Assembly: GCF_028641065.1 (NCBI RefSeq)
Contig: NC_073387.1
Span: 3,162,001-3,226,000 of the forward strand
Reading direction: 5' to 3'
Length of the DNA: 64,000 nucleotides
Origin: Leucoraja erinacea
Taxonomy: Eukaryota
Position 1 is the stretch's first letter. Each line of letters begins with the position of its first letter. The notes beneath the pieces are model-generated. The model made no database searches and was not told the DNA's origin. It was given only the letters and a program-made list of their open reading frames with translations. The translations under genes and the position numbers were made by a program. Below are positions 22,995 through 36,936 of this stretch, one piece after another.

Positions 22995-24215
22995 AAACAG
23001 AAAAATAGTTGCTGGAGTAGGCCATTCGGCCCTTCAAGCCAGCACCGCCATTCAATATGATCATGGCTGATCGTCTAAAATCAGTACCCCCCGTTCCTGC
23101 TTTTTCCCCACATCCCTTCATTCCTTTAACCCTAAAAGCTAAATCTAACTCTCTCTTGAAAACATCCAGTGAATTGGCCTCCACTGCCTTCTGCGGCAGA
23201 GAATTCCACAGATTCACAACTCTCTGGGTGAAGAAATGTTTCCTCATCTCAGTCCTAAATGTCCTGCCCCTTTTTCTAAAACTGTGACCCTTGTTTCTGC
23301 ACTCCCCCAACATAGGGAACATGTTTCCTGCATCGAGCCTGTCCAACCCTTTAAGAATTTCATATGTTTCTATAAGATCCACTCTCATCCTTCTAAATTC
23401 CAGTGAACACAAGCCCAGTTGACCCATTCTTTCATCGTAGGTCAGTCCCGCCATCCCGGGAATTAAGCTGGTGAATCTCCGCTGCACTCCCTCAATAGCA
23501 ATAATGTCCTTCCTCAAATTAGGAGACCAAAATTTCACACAATACTCCAGATGCGGTCTCACCAAGGGCCTGTACAACTGCAGTAGGACCTCCTAGCTCC
23601 TAAACTCAAATCCTCTTGCAATGGCCAACATGCCATTAGCTTTCTTCACTGCCACCTGTACCTGCATGCTTACTTTCAGTGACTGATGTACAAGCACACC
23701 CAGGTCTCGTTGCATCTCCCCTTTTCTTAATCCGACACCATTCAGACAATAATCTGCTTTCCTGTTCTTTCCATCAAAGTGGATAACCTCACATTTATCT
23801 ACATTATACTGCATCTGCCATGCATCTGCCCACTCACCCAACCTATGCAAGTCACCCTGCAGCCTCATCGCATCCTCCTCATAGCTCACACTGCCACCCA
23901 GCTTTGTGTCATCCGCAAACTTGGAGATGTCACATTAAATTCCCTTGTCTAAATCATTACTATATATTGTAAACAACTGGGGTCCCAGCACCGAGCCTTG
24001 CGGCACCCCACTGGTCACTGACTGCCGTTCCGAAAAGGACCCGTTAATTCCTACTCTTTGTTTCCTGTCTGCCAAGCAGTTCTCTACCCATGTCAATACC
24101 CTACACCCAATACCCTGTGCTCTAATTTTGCACATTATTCTCTTGTGTGGGACCTTGTCAAAGGCTCTTTGAAAGTCCAGATACACCACATCCACTGGCT
24201 CTCCCTTATCCATAT
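22995..24215 (-). mobile_element. CR1 ORF2 3' fragment (frameshifted)
   Basis: ORFs 23935-24213, 23593-23889 and 22963-23577 with RT motifs. Confidence 0.93.
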
Positions 24216-24601
24216 TAGTAAGGCATTTGATAAGTCTCCCATGGTAGACTGATCCAGAAAATTAAAATGCATGGGATTAATAGTGACTTGGTCCAATGAA
24301 ATAGGAACTGGTTTACTGCTAGAAGACAGGATTGCAGTGGAACGACAATATTCAGGCTGAAAGTTACCAATGAAGTGCCACAGATACTTGTGCTGGGATC
24401 TCTGCTGTTTGTGATGTGTACATAAATGCATTGGATGTAAATGTGGACGGGTTGGTTAGTACGTTTGCAAATTACACTAAGACTGCTGGGGTCACATATT
24501 GTGAGGAAGACTGTCAAAGTATACAGCAGGATATAGATCAGCTACAGAATCGGGCAGAGAAAAATCATATGGAGTTTGATCTGAGCAAATGTGAGGTTTA
24601 A

Positions 24602-24890
24602 TTGAGTTTAGTTTGGAGATACAGTACAGAAACAGGCCCTTCAGCCCACCGAGTCCGCACCGACCAGCGATCCCCAACCATTGACACTACCCTACACACA
24701 CCAGGGAGATTGTTTTTTCACTTATGCACGTCTTTGGGGTGCAGGAAGAAACCGGAGATCTTGGATAAAACCCACACGGTCACGGGGAGAAAGTACAAAC
24801 GCCGTGACCCGTAGTCAGGATGGAACCCAGGTCTCTGGCTCTGCAAGTGCTGTAAGGCAGCAAGTGTACGGCTGCATCACCGCGCTGCCT
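24602..24890 (-). mobile_element. V-SINE (HE1-like)
   Basis: Reverse complement of the 20493 and 47112 family. Confidence 0.75.
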
Positions 24891-25024
24891 CGAGGTGTTG
24901 CACTATGGGAGGGCAAATGTAAGCGGAAAATATACAATTAATTTCATGGCCATTAACAGCATTAATGTTCACGGGGTTCTTGGGCTCCGAGTCTGAAACT
25001 CCCTGAAAGTGGCGACACAAGTGG

Positions 25025-25290
25025 AAATGAAATTAAATGAAATGATTCAATTTATTGTCATTGTCAGTGTACAGTACAGAGACAACGAAATGCATACCAT
25101 CTCCCTTGAAAGGGAGACCCAGGGCGTCGCGGTGTGCCCGCGCCTGCCGCCGTACATTCCATTCCAGGCAAAGGTGGGTGAAGTGTCTTGCCCAAGGACA
25201 CAACGACAGTATGCACTCCAAGCGGGATTTGAACCGGCTACCCTCCCGGTCACCAGCCGCGACTCTTAGCCCATTGTGCTATCTGTCGTC
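25025..25290 (-). mobile_element. tRNA-headed CORE-type SINE with a Rex1/Babar-like tail
   Basis: A box TAGCACAATGGG, B box GGTTCAAATCCC, core GTGTCCTTGGGCAAGACACTTCACCC, tail CATTTCGTTGTCTCTGTACTGTACACTGACAATGACAATAAA. Confidence 0.75.
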
Positions 25291-27544
25291 ATGAACGAGT
25301 GTAAAGAAGGCATATAGTATGCTAGCTTTCAAAACTTAGGACATTGATTATAAGAGTCAGGAACTCATAATGCAGCATTATAGGACTTTGGTTAGGTCAC
25401 ATTTGGAGTATTATGCGAGGTTCGGGTGCCTCCATGACAGAAAATATGTTGCGTCTTGGGAAAGGATGCAGGGGGTAGTTTACCAGAATGACGACTGAAT
25501 TAGGGGGTATTAGCTGCAGGGACAGACTGTTTTCTCTGGAACGCTGGAGGCTGTGGGAAGACCCAATTAAAGTACATATAATTATGAGGTATAGATGGAG
25601 TAGTCAGAATCTTTTTTCCCCCATTATGGACAAAATCAAATAGGAGAGTGCATAGCTTCAGGGTTTGGGAAGTACTCTCAGAATAGCATAGTCAATATAT
25701 GTTGTACACAATACAGCCAGTCAAGCAGTGGTTGAAGGAGTGCTGCTACAGTGACAGGCACAAAATGTAATTGTAATTGTAATTGTAATTGTAAATCTTT
25801 ATTGTCATTTCCTGAGTATTCGCATACTCAGAGGAAACAAAAAAACGTTTCTCAACCAGTGTCCGTTCAGTTTTCGTTACAAAATAAATAGCAATTAAAA
25901 TTAAAATACAGTCATGAACAATTTAACCCTCTAATCACATTCAATAACATTCAACAGCCGGAGTAACTCAACAGGACAGGCAGCATTTCTGGAGCGAAGG
26001 GACTCGACCCAAAATGTCACCCATCCCCATTCTCCAGAGATGCTGCCGGGCCCACTGAGTTACTCCAGTATCCATCTTTGGTTTAAACCAGCGCCTGCAT
26101 ATTTTGGCTGCTCCAGTGAGCTCCCTTGATTGTGTGAATGTTCAAACTGCATTCATCCAGGCCAATGGAGGGTATTACATCATCCCCCCCGGATTTGAGC
26201 CGGAAGGATTTTGGGATGTCAGAAGACAAGTCACTCATTACAGGATACCCAGTGTCAGACTTGCTCTTTCAGACATGGTGTTTAAGTGTAGGAAGGAACT
26301 GCAGATGCTGGATTAAAACGAAGATAGACACAAAATGCTGGAGTAACTCAGCGGGACAGGCAGCATCTCTCGAGAAGAATGGGTGACGTTTCGGGTCGAG
26401 AACCTTCTTCAGACTAGTGCCCGATGCAGCTCACTTTCTGGTTATCAGCAGGTGTGGACATTGGGGGCTTGGTGAAGTTAATGCTGGTAAAAATCGTAGG
26501 CAGGTGGATGGACACGCTCATGTTAAAGACTTTCATTGGCTATTTGACTTCATTTAATGCAAGTTGATGTGTTGAATCTGATTTCTAGAAAAGCAGCACC
26601 ATCTAGTGTGCAACCTAAGCCATTGCAAACAAAGGAATAAACTTTTAATTATTTGCAGACATAACTTCCTCAGATATATTTCATTTACAAAAGTTGTTTT
26701 TATCCCATACTTGGAGTAACAACTTGGATAATGGGTCAGATATGCATCATAGCTTGGGGATTATTAAGTAGCTGCTTTCTATGTGAACTGCTTAGTTAAG
26801 CTCATGAGTGACAGGAGCAGAATTAGGCCATTCGGCCTATCGCGCCTGCACAACCATGGCTGATCTATCTCTCCCTCATTACCCCATAACCCCCGACACC
26901 CGTACTAACAGCAACAGTCCACATCAAGAAGGATGCAGCCTGAAAAAGTATAGGAAGGAGCTGTAGATGTTGGTTTAAACCGTAGACACAAAAAGCTGGA
27001 GTAACTCAGCAGGTCAGACCGCATCTCTGGAGAAAAGGTATAGGTGACGTTTCGGGTCGAGACCCTTCTTCAGACAGATTGTGGTGAGGGGGAGGGGAGA
27101 AGAAGCTTGAAGATCTATTCCTTTTCGCCAGAGATGCTGCCTGTCCCGCTGAGTTACTCCAGCTTTTTGTGTGTATCTTCTGAAAGAGTGCTGGAGTAAC
27201 TTAAGCAGGTCAGGTTTAGGTCTTTAGAGAACATGGATGGGTGATGTTTAGGGTTGGGACACTTCTTCAGACAGATTGTGGTGGGGGGGGGGGGAAGAAA
27301 GATGGGAGACGGAGGCAGGCCGAAGCCTGACAGGTGGTACAGGTGAGGGGTTTTTGATAGGCAGATGGTTTGACAATAGTCAGATGAAAAGCTAAGGTGT
27401 GAGATAAGGAAAGAAGAGGTGCAAATTGTGAAACCAGAGGAAGGAATATAAATGGAAAGGGAATAGGAGGGATGCAAATGTAGATGGGGCACAATGCAAA
27501 TGGGTGCAAATGTAGATAGGGCAAAGGGCAAAGGGGCAAGGAAG

Positions 27545-28570
27545 GATGGGCACAAACTGCTGGAGTAACAGCCGGGCAGGCAGCATCTCTGGAGAGAAGG
27601 AATGGGTGACGCTTTGGGTCAAGACCCTTCTTCAGCCTGATGTCAGGGGAGTGGAATAGAGATAAAATGTAGTCGGAGACAGGAAGACTGATAGAACTGG
27701 GAAGGGGATGGAGAGTGGGAAAGCAAGTGTTTCTTGAAGTTAGGGAAGCCAATGATCATCCTGCAGGGGTGCAAGCTACCCAAGTGAAATATGAGGTGCT
27801 GTTCCTCCAATTTGCACCGGGCCTCACTCTGACAATGGAGGAGGCCCAGGGCAGAAAGGTACCAGTGTGGGATTGGGAGGGGGAGTTAAAGTGTTGAGCA
27901 ATTGAGAGATCAGGTGGGTTAAGGCGGACTGAGCGGAGGTGTTCAGCGAAACGATCGCCGAGCCTGCGCTTGATCTCGCCGATGTACAGGAGCCCACACC
28001 TGGAATAGCGGATACAGTAGATGAGGTTGAAGGTAGTGCAAGTGAACCTCTGCCTCAACTGAAAAGAGTGTTGGGGTCCTTGGACAGAGTCGAGTGGGTA
28101 GGTATAGGGATAAATATGGTTGCAGGGGAAATTTCCTGGGTGGGAAAAAAAGGGTGGTCTGTAGGTGAGTTACCTATAATTGGAGAATTCATTTATTAAT
28201 ACCATTAACTTGTTTGCCACCAAAGTGGAATATGACGTGTTGTTCCTCCAGTTTGGCGACTCCCACTGGCATTGGAGGGGGCACAGGGCAAAGGTCAGTA
28301 TAGGAACAAGGAGAGGAGTTAACATGGTTGTCAACTGGGAGATCCTGCAGGCCATGGTGGCCAGAGCACAAGTGTTTGGCTGAACAGTTGGAAAATCTAC
28401 ATTTTGTCTCATTGATGTGAACACCAGATGGAGTAGATGAGGTTAGAGTAGGTGCACGTCAACCTCTGCCTCACCTGGAATGACTGCTGGGACCCCTGGA
28501 TGGAGGTATAGGCGTTACATTTCCTGCATTTGCTGGGGAAAGTACCCAGGGAGGGGATCGTTTGGATGGC
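27545..28570 (-). mobile_element. Two Penelope-like GIY-YIG fragments in tandem
   Basis: ORF 27756-28058 QRFTCTTFNLIYCIRYSRCGLLYIGEIKRRLGDRFAEH; a more decayed copy at about 28170-28570. Confidence 0.85.
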
Positions 28571-28582
28571 AAAGGATGAGTG

Positions 28583-28985
28583 GACTCCATTTATACCTCA
28601 CGCTGCCTCGGCAAGGCCAGCAGCATAATCAAGGACGAGTCGCACCCTGCCCACTCCTCTCCCATCAGGCAAAAGGTATAGAAGTGTGAAAATGCACACC
28701 TCCAGAATCAGGGACAGTTTTTTTCCCAGCTGTTATCGGGCAACTGAATCATTGTACCACAACCAGAGAGCAGTCCTGAACTACCATCAATCTCATTGGT
28801 GACCCTCAGACTATCCTTACTCAGACTTTACTGGCTTTACCTTGCACTAAACATTATTCCCTTATCCTGTACCTATACACTGTAAATGGCTCGATTTCAA
28901 TCATCAGTCTTTCAGCTGACTGGCTAGCATTTAAAAGCTTTGCACTGTACCTCAGTACACGGGACAATAAACTAAACTGTTCCAA
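28583..28985 (+). mobile_element. Rex1/Babar-like LINE 3' fragment
   Basis: RCLGKASSIIKD..LPSG.RY coding remnant; ACAATAAACTAAAC tail. Confidence 0.7.
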
Positions 28986-29306
28986 CTAAACCAAGGAATT
29001 GTGGAGGTTTCTGTGGAAGGCAGAAAGGGGTGGAGATGGGAAGATACTGGAGGTGGTGATCATGTTGGAGAATATTGTTTTGGATGTGGAGGCTGGTGAG
29101 GTGAACAATAATGTCCAAGGGAATTGATAATCATGGAATTACAAAATTTTGCAATAGAGCACTCTGGGACTAACATCTCCCCCATGATCTGTACCGTTGC
29201 TAGTTCTGGTGTATCAATGCTCCATCAGATACAGAGGGGGAATAGTTGCTCCCTTCATCTTACTTTTAGCCAGCAAGGGGCCGATTCCCAGAGCCTTCTA
29301 GCTGTA

Positions 29307-30136
29307 AACATAGATGGAGGAGTAGGCCATTCGGCCCTTCGAGCCTGCACCGCCATTCAATATGATCATGGCTGATCATCCAACTCGGTATCATGTACCT
29401 GCCTTCTCTCCATATCCCCTTATCCCTTTAGCCACATCTAACTCCCTCTTAAATATAGCCAATGAACTGGCCTCAACTACTTTCTGTGGCAGAGAATTCC
29501 ACAGATTCACCACTCACTGTGTGAAAAAAAAATTCTCATCTCGGTCCTAAAAGACTTCCCCATTATCCTTAAACTGTGACCCCTTGTTCTGGACTTCCCC
29601 AACATTGGGAACAATCTTCTTGCATTAGATTCCCTCATCAATCTTCTAAATTTCGGCGAGTGCAAGCCGAGTCTATCCAGTCTTTCTTCATATTAAAGTC
29701 CTGCCATCCCATAAATCAGCCTGGTGAACCTTCTATGTACTCCCTCTATGGCAAAAATGTCTTTCCTCAGATTAGGAGACCAAAACTGTACGCAATACAG
29801 GTGTGGTCTCACCAAGGCCCTGTACAACTGCAGTAGAACCTCCCTGCTCCTATACTCAAATCCTTATGCTATGAATGCTAACATACCATTCGCTTTCTTC
29901 ACTGCCTACTGCACCTGCATGCCTACTTTCAATGACTGGTGTACCATGACACCCAGGTCTTGTTGCATCTCCCCTTTCCTTAATCAGCCGCCATTCAGAT
30001 AATAGTCTACTTTCCCGTTCTTGCCACCAAAGTAGATAACATTTATCCACATTATACTGCATCTGCCATGCATTTTCCCATTCACCCAGCCTATCCAAGT
30101 CACCTTGCAGCCTCCTAGCATCCCCCTCACAGCAAA

Positions 30137-30171
<35 letters not shown>

Positions 30172-30252
30172 TCTTCGTGTCATCCGCAAACTTGGAGAGG
30201 TTGCATTCAATTCCCTCGTCCAAATCATTAATATATATTGTAAATAGCTGGT
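29307..30252 (-). mobile_element. CR1 3' fragment
   Basis: KFADDTK and WQMQYNVDKC remnants plus CR1 tail. Confidence 0.9.
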
Positions 30253-31349
30253 AAAAAGCACTTTCTCATCTTCCCTCCCACCCCACTAACTCAAATCTAT
30301 CTCATGGTTATTGACATCTTTGCCATGGGTAAAAGGCCCTTCCTATTCACCCAACCCAGGCCTTTCAGTCTGAATGCCCATGATCAAAGTTCCCTCTGCC
30401 TCAAGAAACAATCCCTACCCAGCCAATCCATCCGTGTGATTATACTTCTGAAACCCAAGCATTAACCACAAATTTCATTTGCATTTAACACAAGGCGTGG
30501 CAGCAGCAGGCTTTAGTGTCTGCTTTTGCCATTCAATGAGATAATAGAACAGTACATCACAGAAACAGGCCCTTTAGCCCTCATTGTAGCAAACATGATG
30601 CCAAGTTAAACTGATCTTTTCTGCCTGCTTGGGATCCATATGCTTCCATTCTCCTAAGACCCTTGTGCCTATCTAAAAGCCTCTTAAGTGGTACTACACC
30701 ACACTCATCACCTTGTGCAAACGTGCCCTGTACATCATCTTTAAACTTTGCCTCATACCTTATTGCTGTGCCTGCTAGCCTTCTGATATTTCCATTCTGA
30801 GAAAAAGGTTATCTACCCCATCTATGCCTCTCAATGTTATATAATTAATCATGACTGAAGATTGTATTTTTGACAGGATAACTCAAGTTGGCTTTGTCAG
30901 TAACTTTGTGGATGAATTCCAGTGTATAAAGAAGAGCTTAAATCAGTGTGGAATCGCCATGGATAAGGCTTTGTCGATCTGGTCAGGTGTAATTAGAGAA
31001 TAAATTCATGATTTCACAATAATTCACATTGAGGGAGAGTGATTGTAAATGAATATGGTTTTATATTTAGTTTTAAATCGTGAAACTGGGGTCTGAAGCA
31101 GTATCTTAAACTTAATAAGTGTTACAAAGGAAGCGTTGGTTAGAAAAGAATATGAAAAGAGAAAAATGGGAAATTAATATAATAAAAGTATTTCAGAAAT
31201 CGCAACAGTCTTGAAAAATTACAATAAATATCTCTGTGTGGCTAAGAAAACTGAGGATTGCATGGGAGGCCAGTGTCTTCACTATTTATCTATATTGCCA
31301 ATTTAGTGGAAGGGACAAAATGCATTACAGCCAGACCTTCTGACTATAT

Positions 31350-31885
31350 GACACACACAAAATGCTGGAGCACCTCAGTGGGACTGGCAGCATCTCTGGA
31401 GAGAAGGAATGGATGACGTTTTAGGTCAAGACCCTTCTTCAGACAAAGTCAGGGAAGGGAGAGGCTAGAGAAATGTGGAAGGCCAAGGTGGAGAAACGAC
31501 AGATCAAAGCAGACACCCATCAAGGAAATATGGAATGGATCATTGATGAAGGTGACAACAATGCATTCAATTAGCAAAATTAATCAGGAGTGAAACGTCA
31601 GAAAACTAGAGTGGGAGAGGGACAGAGAGAGAAGCAAGGGTTACTTGAAGTTGGAGAAATCAATATTCATGCCGCTGTGTTGTAAGCTCCCCAAGCAAAA
31701 TATGAGGTGCTGTTCCTCCAATTTGTGTTTGGCCTCAATCTAACAATGGAGGCAGCCCAGGACAAAGGTCAGAATGGGAATGGGAGTTAGTGTTTAGCTA
31801 CCGGGAGACTGCATAGGCCGAGGCAGACTGAGTGGAGGTGTTCCGTGAAACAATCACCGAGCCTGTGCTTGGTCTTGCTGATGTA
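31350..31885 (-). mobile_element. Penelope-like fragment with terminal repeat
   Basis: Collinear with 27545-28000. Confidence 0.75.
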
Positions 31886-31890
31886 CAAAC

Positions 31891-32278
31891 CAAAGATCCT
31901 ATAGCGGAGCAAGATAGACCACTCCTAAATGCAATGGGCTGACGTGTAGTACACAACGGAGCGGAACGTGGGCCTTTTTTTCATCCATTTCAGTAACCCA
32001 ACCCGCAGTGTAATCAACGTTGCGGGGAAACAGTTTGTGTTAATAAATTATAATTCTGAAAATGAGAAGATTTTTAGCAAAGAACTTTTATTTTTACGAG
32101 GATGTTTCCGTAACCGGCTTCCGTCTCCGCACTAGTATCTTTGCTCCAATATGAGATCTTTGGTGCAGAGACGGAAGCCGGTGACGGAAATGGGGCCAAA
32201 AATGACCCATGAATCTGCCCATGACCGTACTACGTATTTTTCGGCGCGTGATCTATCTTGCTTGCTATAGGAACTTTG
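31891..32278. mobile_element. MITE, ~28 bp TIR CAAAGATCCTATAGC..GCAAGATAGA, 8-bp TSD
   Basis: Flanks GTACAAAC / GTACAAAA; second copy at 37255. Confidence 0.85.
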
Positions 32279-34134
32279 GTACAAAATGCTAAGCTGTAAA
32301 GGAATAAAAAAATAACAGTAAGACAGCAATGATTATAGGGATTCTATTGAAAGGAAAGCAGACAGGTCTGTGTGTTTGCAGGTATTGCAATTCATTCCTT
32401 GAAGGTTTGTTGGCTCCCTAGGGCCATTGTTAAGATAATTGTGGGGTGGGGGAAGGTTCACAGCCAGAATCACAGACCACAACAGTGCTTAATCAGGTAG
32501 ATAAGAAGTTCCATTTACAGCATTCAAATGCTGGATCAGTCACTGGAAGAATTTTCAGTGTTGTACTCAACTAGATTTTACTTAGTTGATGTAGTAGATT
32601 CAACGTGTCAAATAGCCTCCCTGTGCTGTTATCATTCTTGTGATTCATACCACTGTTTTGTATTAAAATATTAATTTAACATTAATTTAGACTGCAGATT
32701 ATTTTTTTCTGCACCAATTGGAGCTACCCCTTCCTCTGCCATCTTTATAGCCTTTATTTAGTTAAAGATTTTGCATCATTTTTGCGTGTCATTTGCTTTG
32801 ATACTTTTGAAATTAATCTCAATTCTTTATATCTCTCTTGGCTTTCCAGCGCCGATGTCCCAGTAAGTCGTAAGCTTAATTTTGGTCTCATCTTACACAC
32901 CGTAACACCCAAGACCTAACACTCATTTTGGTCTCATCTTACACATTCCCCAACACCCAAGATATTAAGGGACACATCTTTCCCTTTCTTGATGGAACAT
33001 ATTTGCTCCTTCAATGTTTCCCTATGCTATGAAAGAACTGCCTTTAAGGTAGAATCTTGAACCCACTTCACCTCCATCATCTCCAACCCCACTAGTACCC
33101 CAATTTACTTGTTATCATACCGTTATCTTACCTGTGACACTGTTCTGGTAACTCACAAAAACTGAATTCTGATACTACCTCCAGACAAACCTTCCACCAG
33201 CTCCATTCATTCCTTAAATTCTTACCTCAAGGACTGAACCACTTGTCCCGTTCCAACGAAGCTACGATGCCCCATGGTTCATAAATGATAGGAGCAGAAT
33301 TAGGCCATTCAGTCCATCAGGTCTACTCCGCAATTCACTCATGGCTGATCTATCTCTCCCTCCTAGCCCCATTCTCCCGCCTTCCCATAACCCTTGACAC
33401 CCGAACTAATCAATAATCTATCTATCTCTGCCTTAAAAATATCCACTGACTTGGTCCCACAGCCTTCCGTGGCAAAGAATTCCACAGATTCACCACCCTC
33501 ATTCCTAAAGAAACGTCCTTTAGGGACGTTCTGATGCTATGGCCTCTAGTCCGAGACACTCCCAGTAGTGCAAAATATTCTCTCCACATCCACTCCATCC
33601 AAGCCTTTCACTAATTCTCCCTACACACCTATCCCATGTATAGTGAATCATGCATCACATAGACAATGCACAATAGGTGACCATGGGGGGGGGGGGGGGG
33701 GGGGGGGAGGAAATTGGGCTCAGGGATGAAAATAGCCATTCTCAACATTGGTCTCAATACATCAACAGAAACCAAGATCCACCAGATCATGTTTTAAAGT
33801 CCAAAAATCAGGACTGCCCCCATTAACATTAGGCGGACTATCATTCGCAACCTCATTTGAGGGTTTACTTTGAACATGCAAGTTGTTAATACTAAATCAC
33901 TTGAGTATCTGAGTAAACCCCAATCTCATCATCACCCAAAGATCGTTTTAGTCCAGAACAGATCAAGCGACAGTCAAGCACAAAGTAGTAATCTTTGTTT
34001 GACCACAGGGAAAAGAAGCCCAATTGTTACCACCGCTGACAAAGACCAAGAATCAAATCCATCTTGTAACAGCCCAGCTGGATATAGCTTTCAATTTGTT
34101 CTAAAGAGGTCCCAAAAGAACAAGACTCAAATAA

Positions 34135-36936
34135 AATATATTCTTAAATATGGTTTTAATACTCTTCTCCATTTCTGTACATCACAACACCAAGTTGCTG
34201 CTTGGGATCTTTCTGCAGAGGCTGTGGTGCATAAAAGCTGAAATCTACCCCTTTCTGTGAATTCAAAGATCACTTCCATTGCTGGAGAATACATTGGTCA
34301 AAGGAATACAAAATAAACACATTTTGGCATCATCTCCAAACTTAAATAGTAAACATTAAAACTACAAAAAGAGCTGCATACTTTCCAATGCATACTTCTT
34401 ATACCAAGCAGTGGGATATTCGAAAAAGTAATATATATTTTTTATATATATATCCTCGTTTTATGTATCAAAATGGCCCCATTTACACAGTTCACACAAC
34501 CCAGTGCTGAAAGCATGGTCCACCACAACTCTCCCTCTTGGACAAGGACTGGAGAGGACAAGTAGAACACTGCAAATGTGCACGAACTCAACGTGAGTTC
34601 TACACATATCCTTGAGCACTGAAAATCTCAGAGGCCAAAATGAAAAAAAAAAACAATTGCAATCATGTCATGAATACCATACAATATTCGGAACATCTTA
34701 ATTCTACTTTATATAGTCGGCACAAGAAATCTGACCGCTTTGAAACAAAAAACATTTTTGGATATTTTGACAAGAGAAACACGTTGCAAATAGATTTCAG
34801 TATTTGGAGGGTTTTTGAAAATATATTCTAATCTTAACAGTGAACAGAAGAGCATTGGTATGCTAGTTTTAAATTCACAACTCTGTGTATAACTGTGTTA
34901 AATTAAATATGCATCTACTTAGAAAGATTTTGGGATCTGTGCACGTTACCAGCACTACAAAGTAGTACAGGTCATTGCTCATATGGAATAGGAAGGTCTT
35001 GCTAATTAATGGCAATGGTGCTATGCATTAGATGTGTGTCACATCAAAGTCTGATAATAGTGGCCTGTGAACTGTACTATACACATTCAAATCGAATAAG
35101 GAGCTTGAATAAGGTAATCTGTGTTGTTGCAATCTGTATAATCTGACCCATCTTCCCGCATTATTTCATAAATATCACATTTCAACATAATCACAAGCAT
35201 GTTGATTAAACAAAACAAAAATCATTGCTTTCCTTTTGGTCTTCACTGGTTAGAAGAACTGGGATAGATTGATTCCAACATAGTGTCCGCTACAAGCAGT
35301 CACTAAATAAGATGCTGCTTGTGATCCAAAATGTACAGTAACTTGTCACACCACTACTTTACATGAACTCATTCCACTTTTGAGCACTTAAATGTTTGAA
35401 ATGTGATGCAATCCAATTAATAATCCTAATGACTAGTTTATTAACGTGATTGCTTCAGGCACGACATGGAATTTGCTAGACCCCGACCATTTTGATTTCA
35501 GTGAATTAGCTATTTAACAAGGCTCTTGACATTTGTTCCCCAATGATTTCTCAATCATATCCAAGATTATTAAGCTCCAGCCCGACACCAATGCTCAAAG
35601 CCACTTTGTACTAATATGACCTCATTCTGTACAGTTTTAATGTTCTATTTTTTATTTGTTAATAGATTGTAAGAAACCAGATTCCTGATAACCTCGTAAC
35701 TCGAGAGAGAGAAAGAAGCAATTTTCTTGCTAATCCTCTTTACGCTATTCAAACTAATAGGCTGAATCACCACACCAGAGGTTTAAGATGCGAGCCTTCG
35801 TCCATGCTCAACAAATGCCCAAACCCCAACAGATGTGCGATACCAGAGTTTCATGAGTTGGTGGATGGCTGACTTCACTAAAATTTAGGATTGTTTCAAA
35901 GAAACTCAGACATATCAATTTTCCGACACAGTCTGAAGATGGCATGACAAAGACTGTGTTTTGCAGCATGATTGCAAGGGTGCACCCAGTTCAAGTCCAT
36001 GCTGTACCAACAATAAACCCCAATATGGAGCAGATCCTATTAACCCAATACACCTTCACCCAGATCAAAACTAAAGTTAAAGCTTGGTGGTTTCTCACTC
36101 ACAAGCAACCAAAAGGCTGGCCTTACAAGAAAATGGGGAAAGTCTCCAACTTTCAAGACCAGTGCAGGAACAAAACCCGCTCAAGGATTGAATATTTATG
36201 ACATTAATTATCACTAGGGCATATCTGGCGATACCCAGCAAACCGACAAGTCTGCTCAAGCATCCCCAATATATATTAATTCTTAATAAAAGGCATGTAG
36301 GATTCTTTGCAACTCTGCTCCCTCTGCAACTCAGAAGTCCAAAAAATGCAAACCTGAAAATTTACCCCCACTACTTTAATTTGGAGATTAACATTAATTG
36401 TTTAAATAACAATAGGCATATTCTTCAATCTCCCCTAGGTACAACCATGTTTAGTGGTGTCCATGTAAACGGGGTCATTCACTACAGTTGGTCAAGACAT
36501 CTAACTGCTTTGATGTGGAAACTCTTTCCAAGGGGGCAAACAGAGCTTATATCCAGTCAGCCTGCAGAAATGAAATTCAATAGCATTCCATTTTTATTAT
36601 TTGCCTCTACATTTGGAGGTAAAAAATGTTTCAATTTCATAAAATACAACAGCAACAAAAATCCCATTGAAGTAAAAATTAAAAAAAAACGTCTCTCAAA
36701 AGATTAGTCCAAACTGGCATTAGGAACAGTAGTTTGGTGTTGCTGCTGTATTGACACTTTGACAAATCTATGTGTGTTATTTGTTTTTAAATTCACCATC
36801 TCCAATGTATTTAGATATCACAAGTTGTGATAATGTCTGTTCTAAGGCAGGGATTGATTATTCTGTTGTGGATCTTCACTTCTTGGGTTGGATGTTGGAG
36901 GGTTAGGCACCTGTAACCAGACCAATTCCAGACTAC
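34135..36936 (-). other. ETF1: ETF1 3'UTR (~2.8 kb, no recognisable repeats)
   Basis: AT-rich, transposon-free block after the stop codon, ending at a candidate poly(A) site. The 3' end is inferred. Confidence 0.65.
34155..34160 (-). terminator. Candidate ETF1 polyadenylation signal ATTAAA
   Basis: ATTAAA followed ~25 nt later by U/GU-rich TTTTATTTGAGTCTTGTTCTTTT. Confidence 0.55.

Larger units (their letters stand above)
24216..25670 (+). mobile_element. Old decayed CR1 interrupted by two SINEs
   Basis: KAFDK-, FADD- and KCEV-like remnants at 24216-24600, resuming at about 24890-25020 and 25290-25670. Confidence 0.65.

Noticed and set aside
25215-25290. tRNA gene (also the heads of the V-SINEs)
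   Set aside because: A/B boxes belong to SINE heads and run into SINE core sequence; no complete cloverleaf
32878-32962. Short direct duplication TTTTGGTCTCATCTTACACA...AACACCCAAGA
   Set aside because: Two-copy local duplication with no further structure
35944-36707. Plus-strand ORFs of 85 and 169 aa
   Set aside because: Antisense to the ETF1 3'UTR with no recognisable protein features
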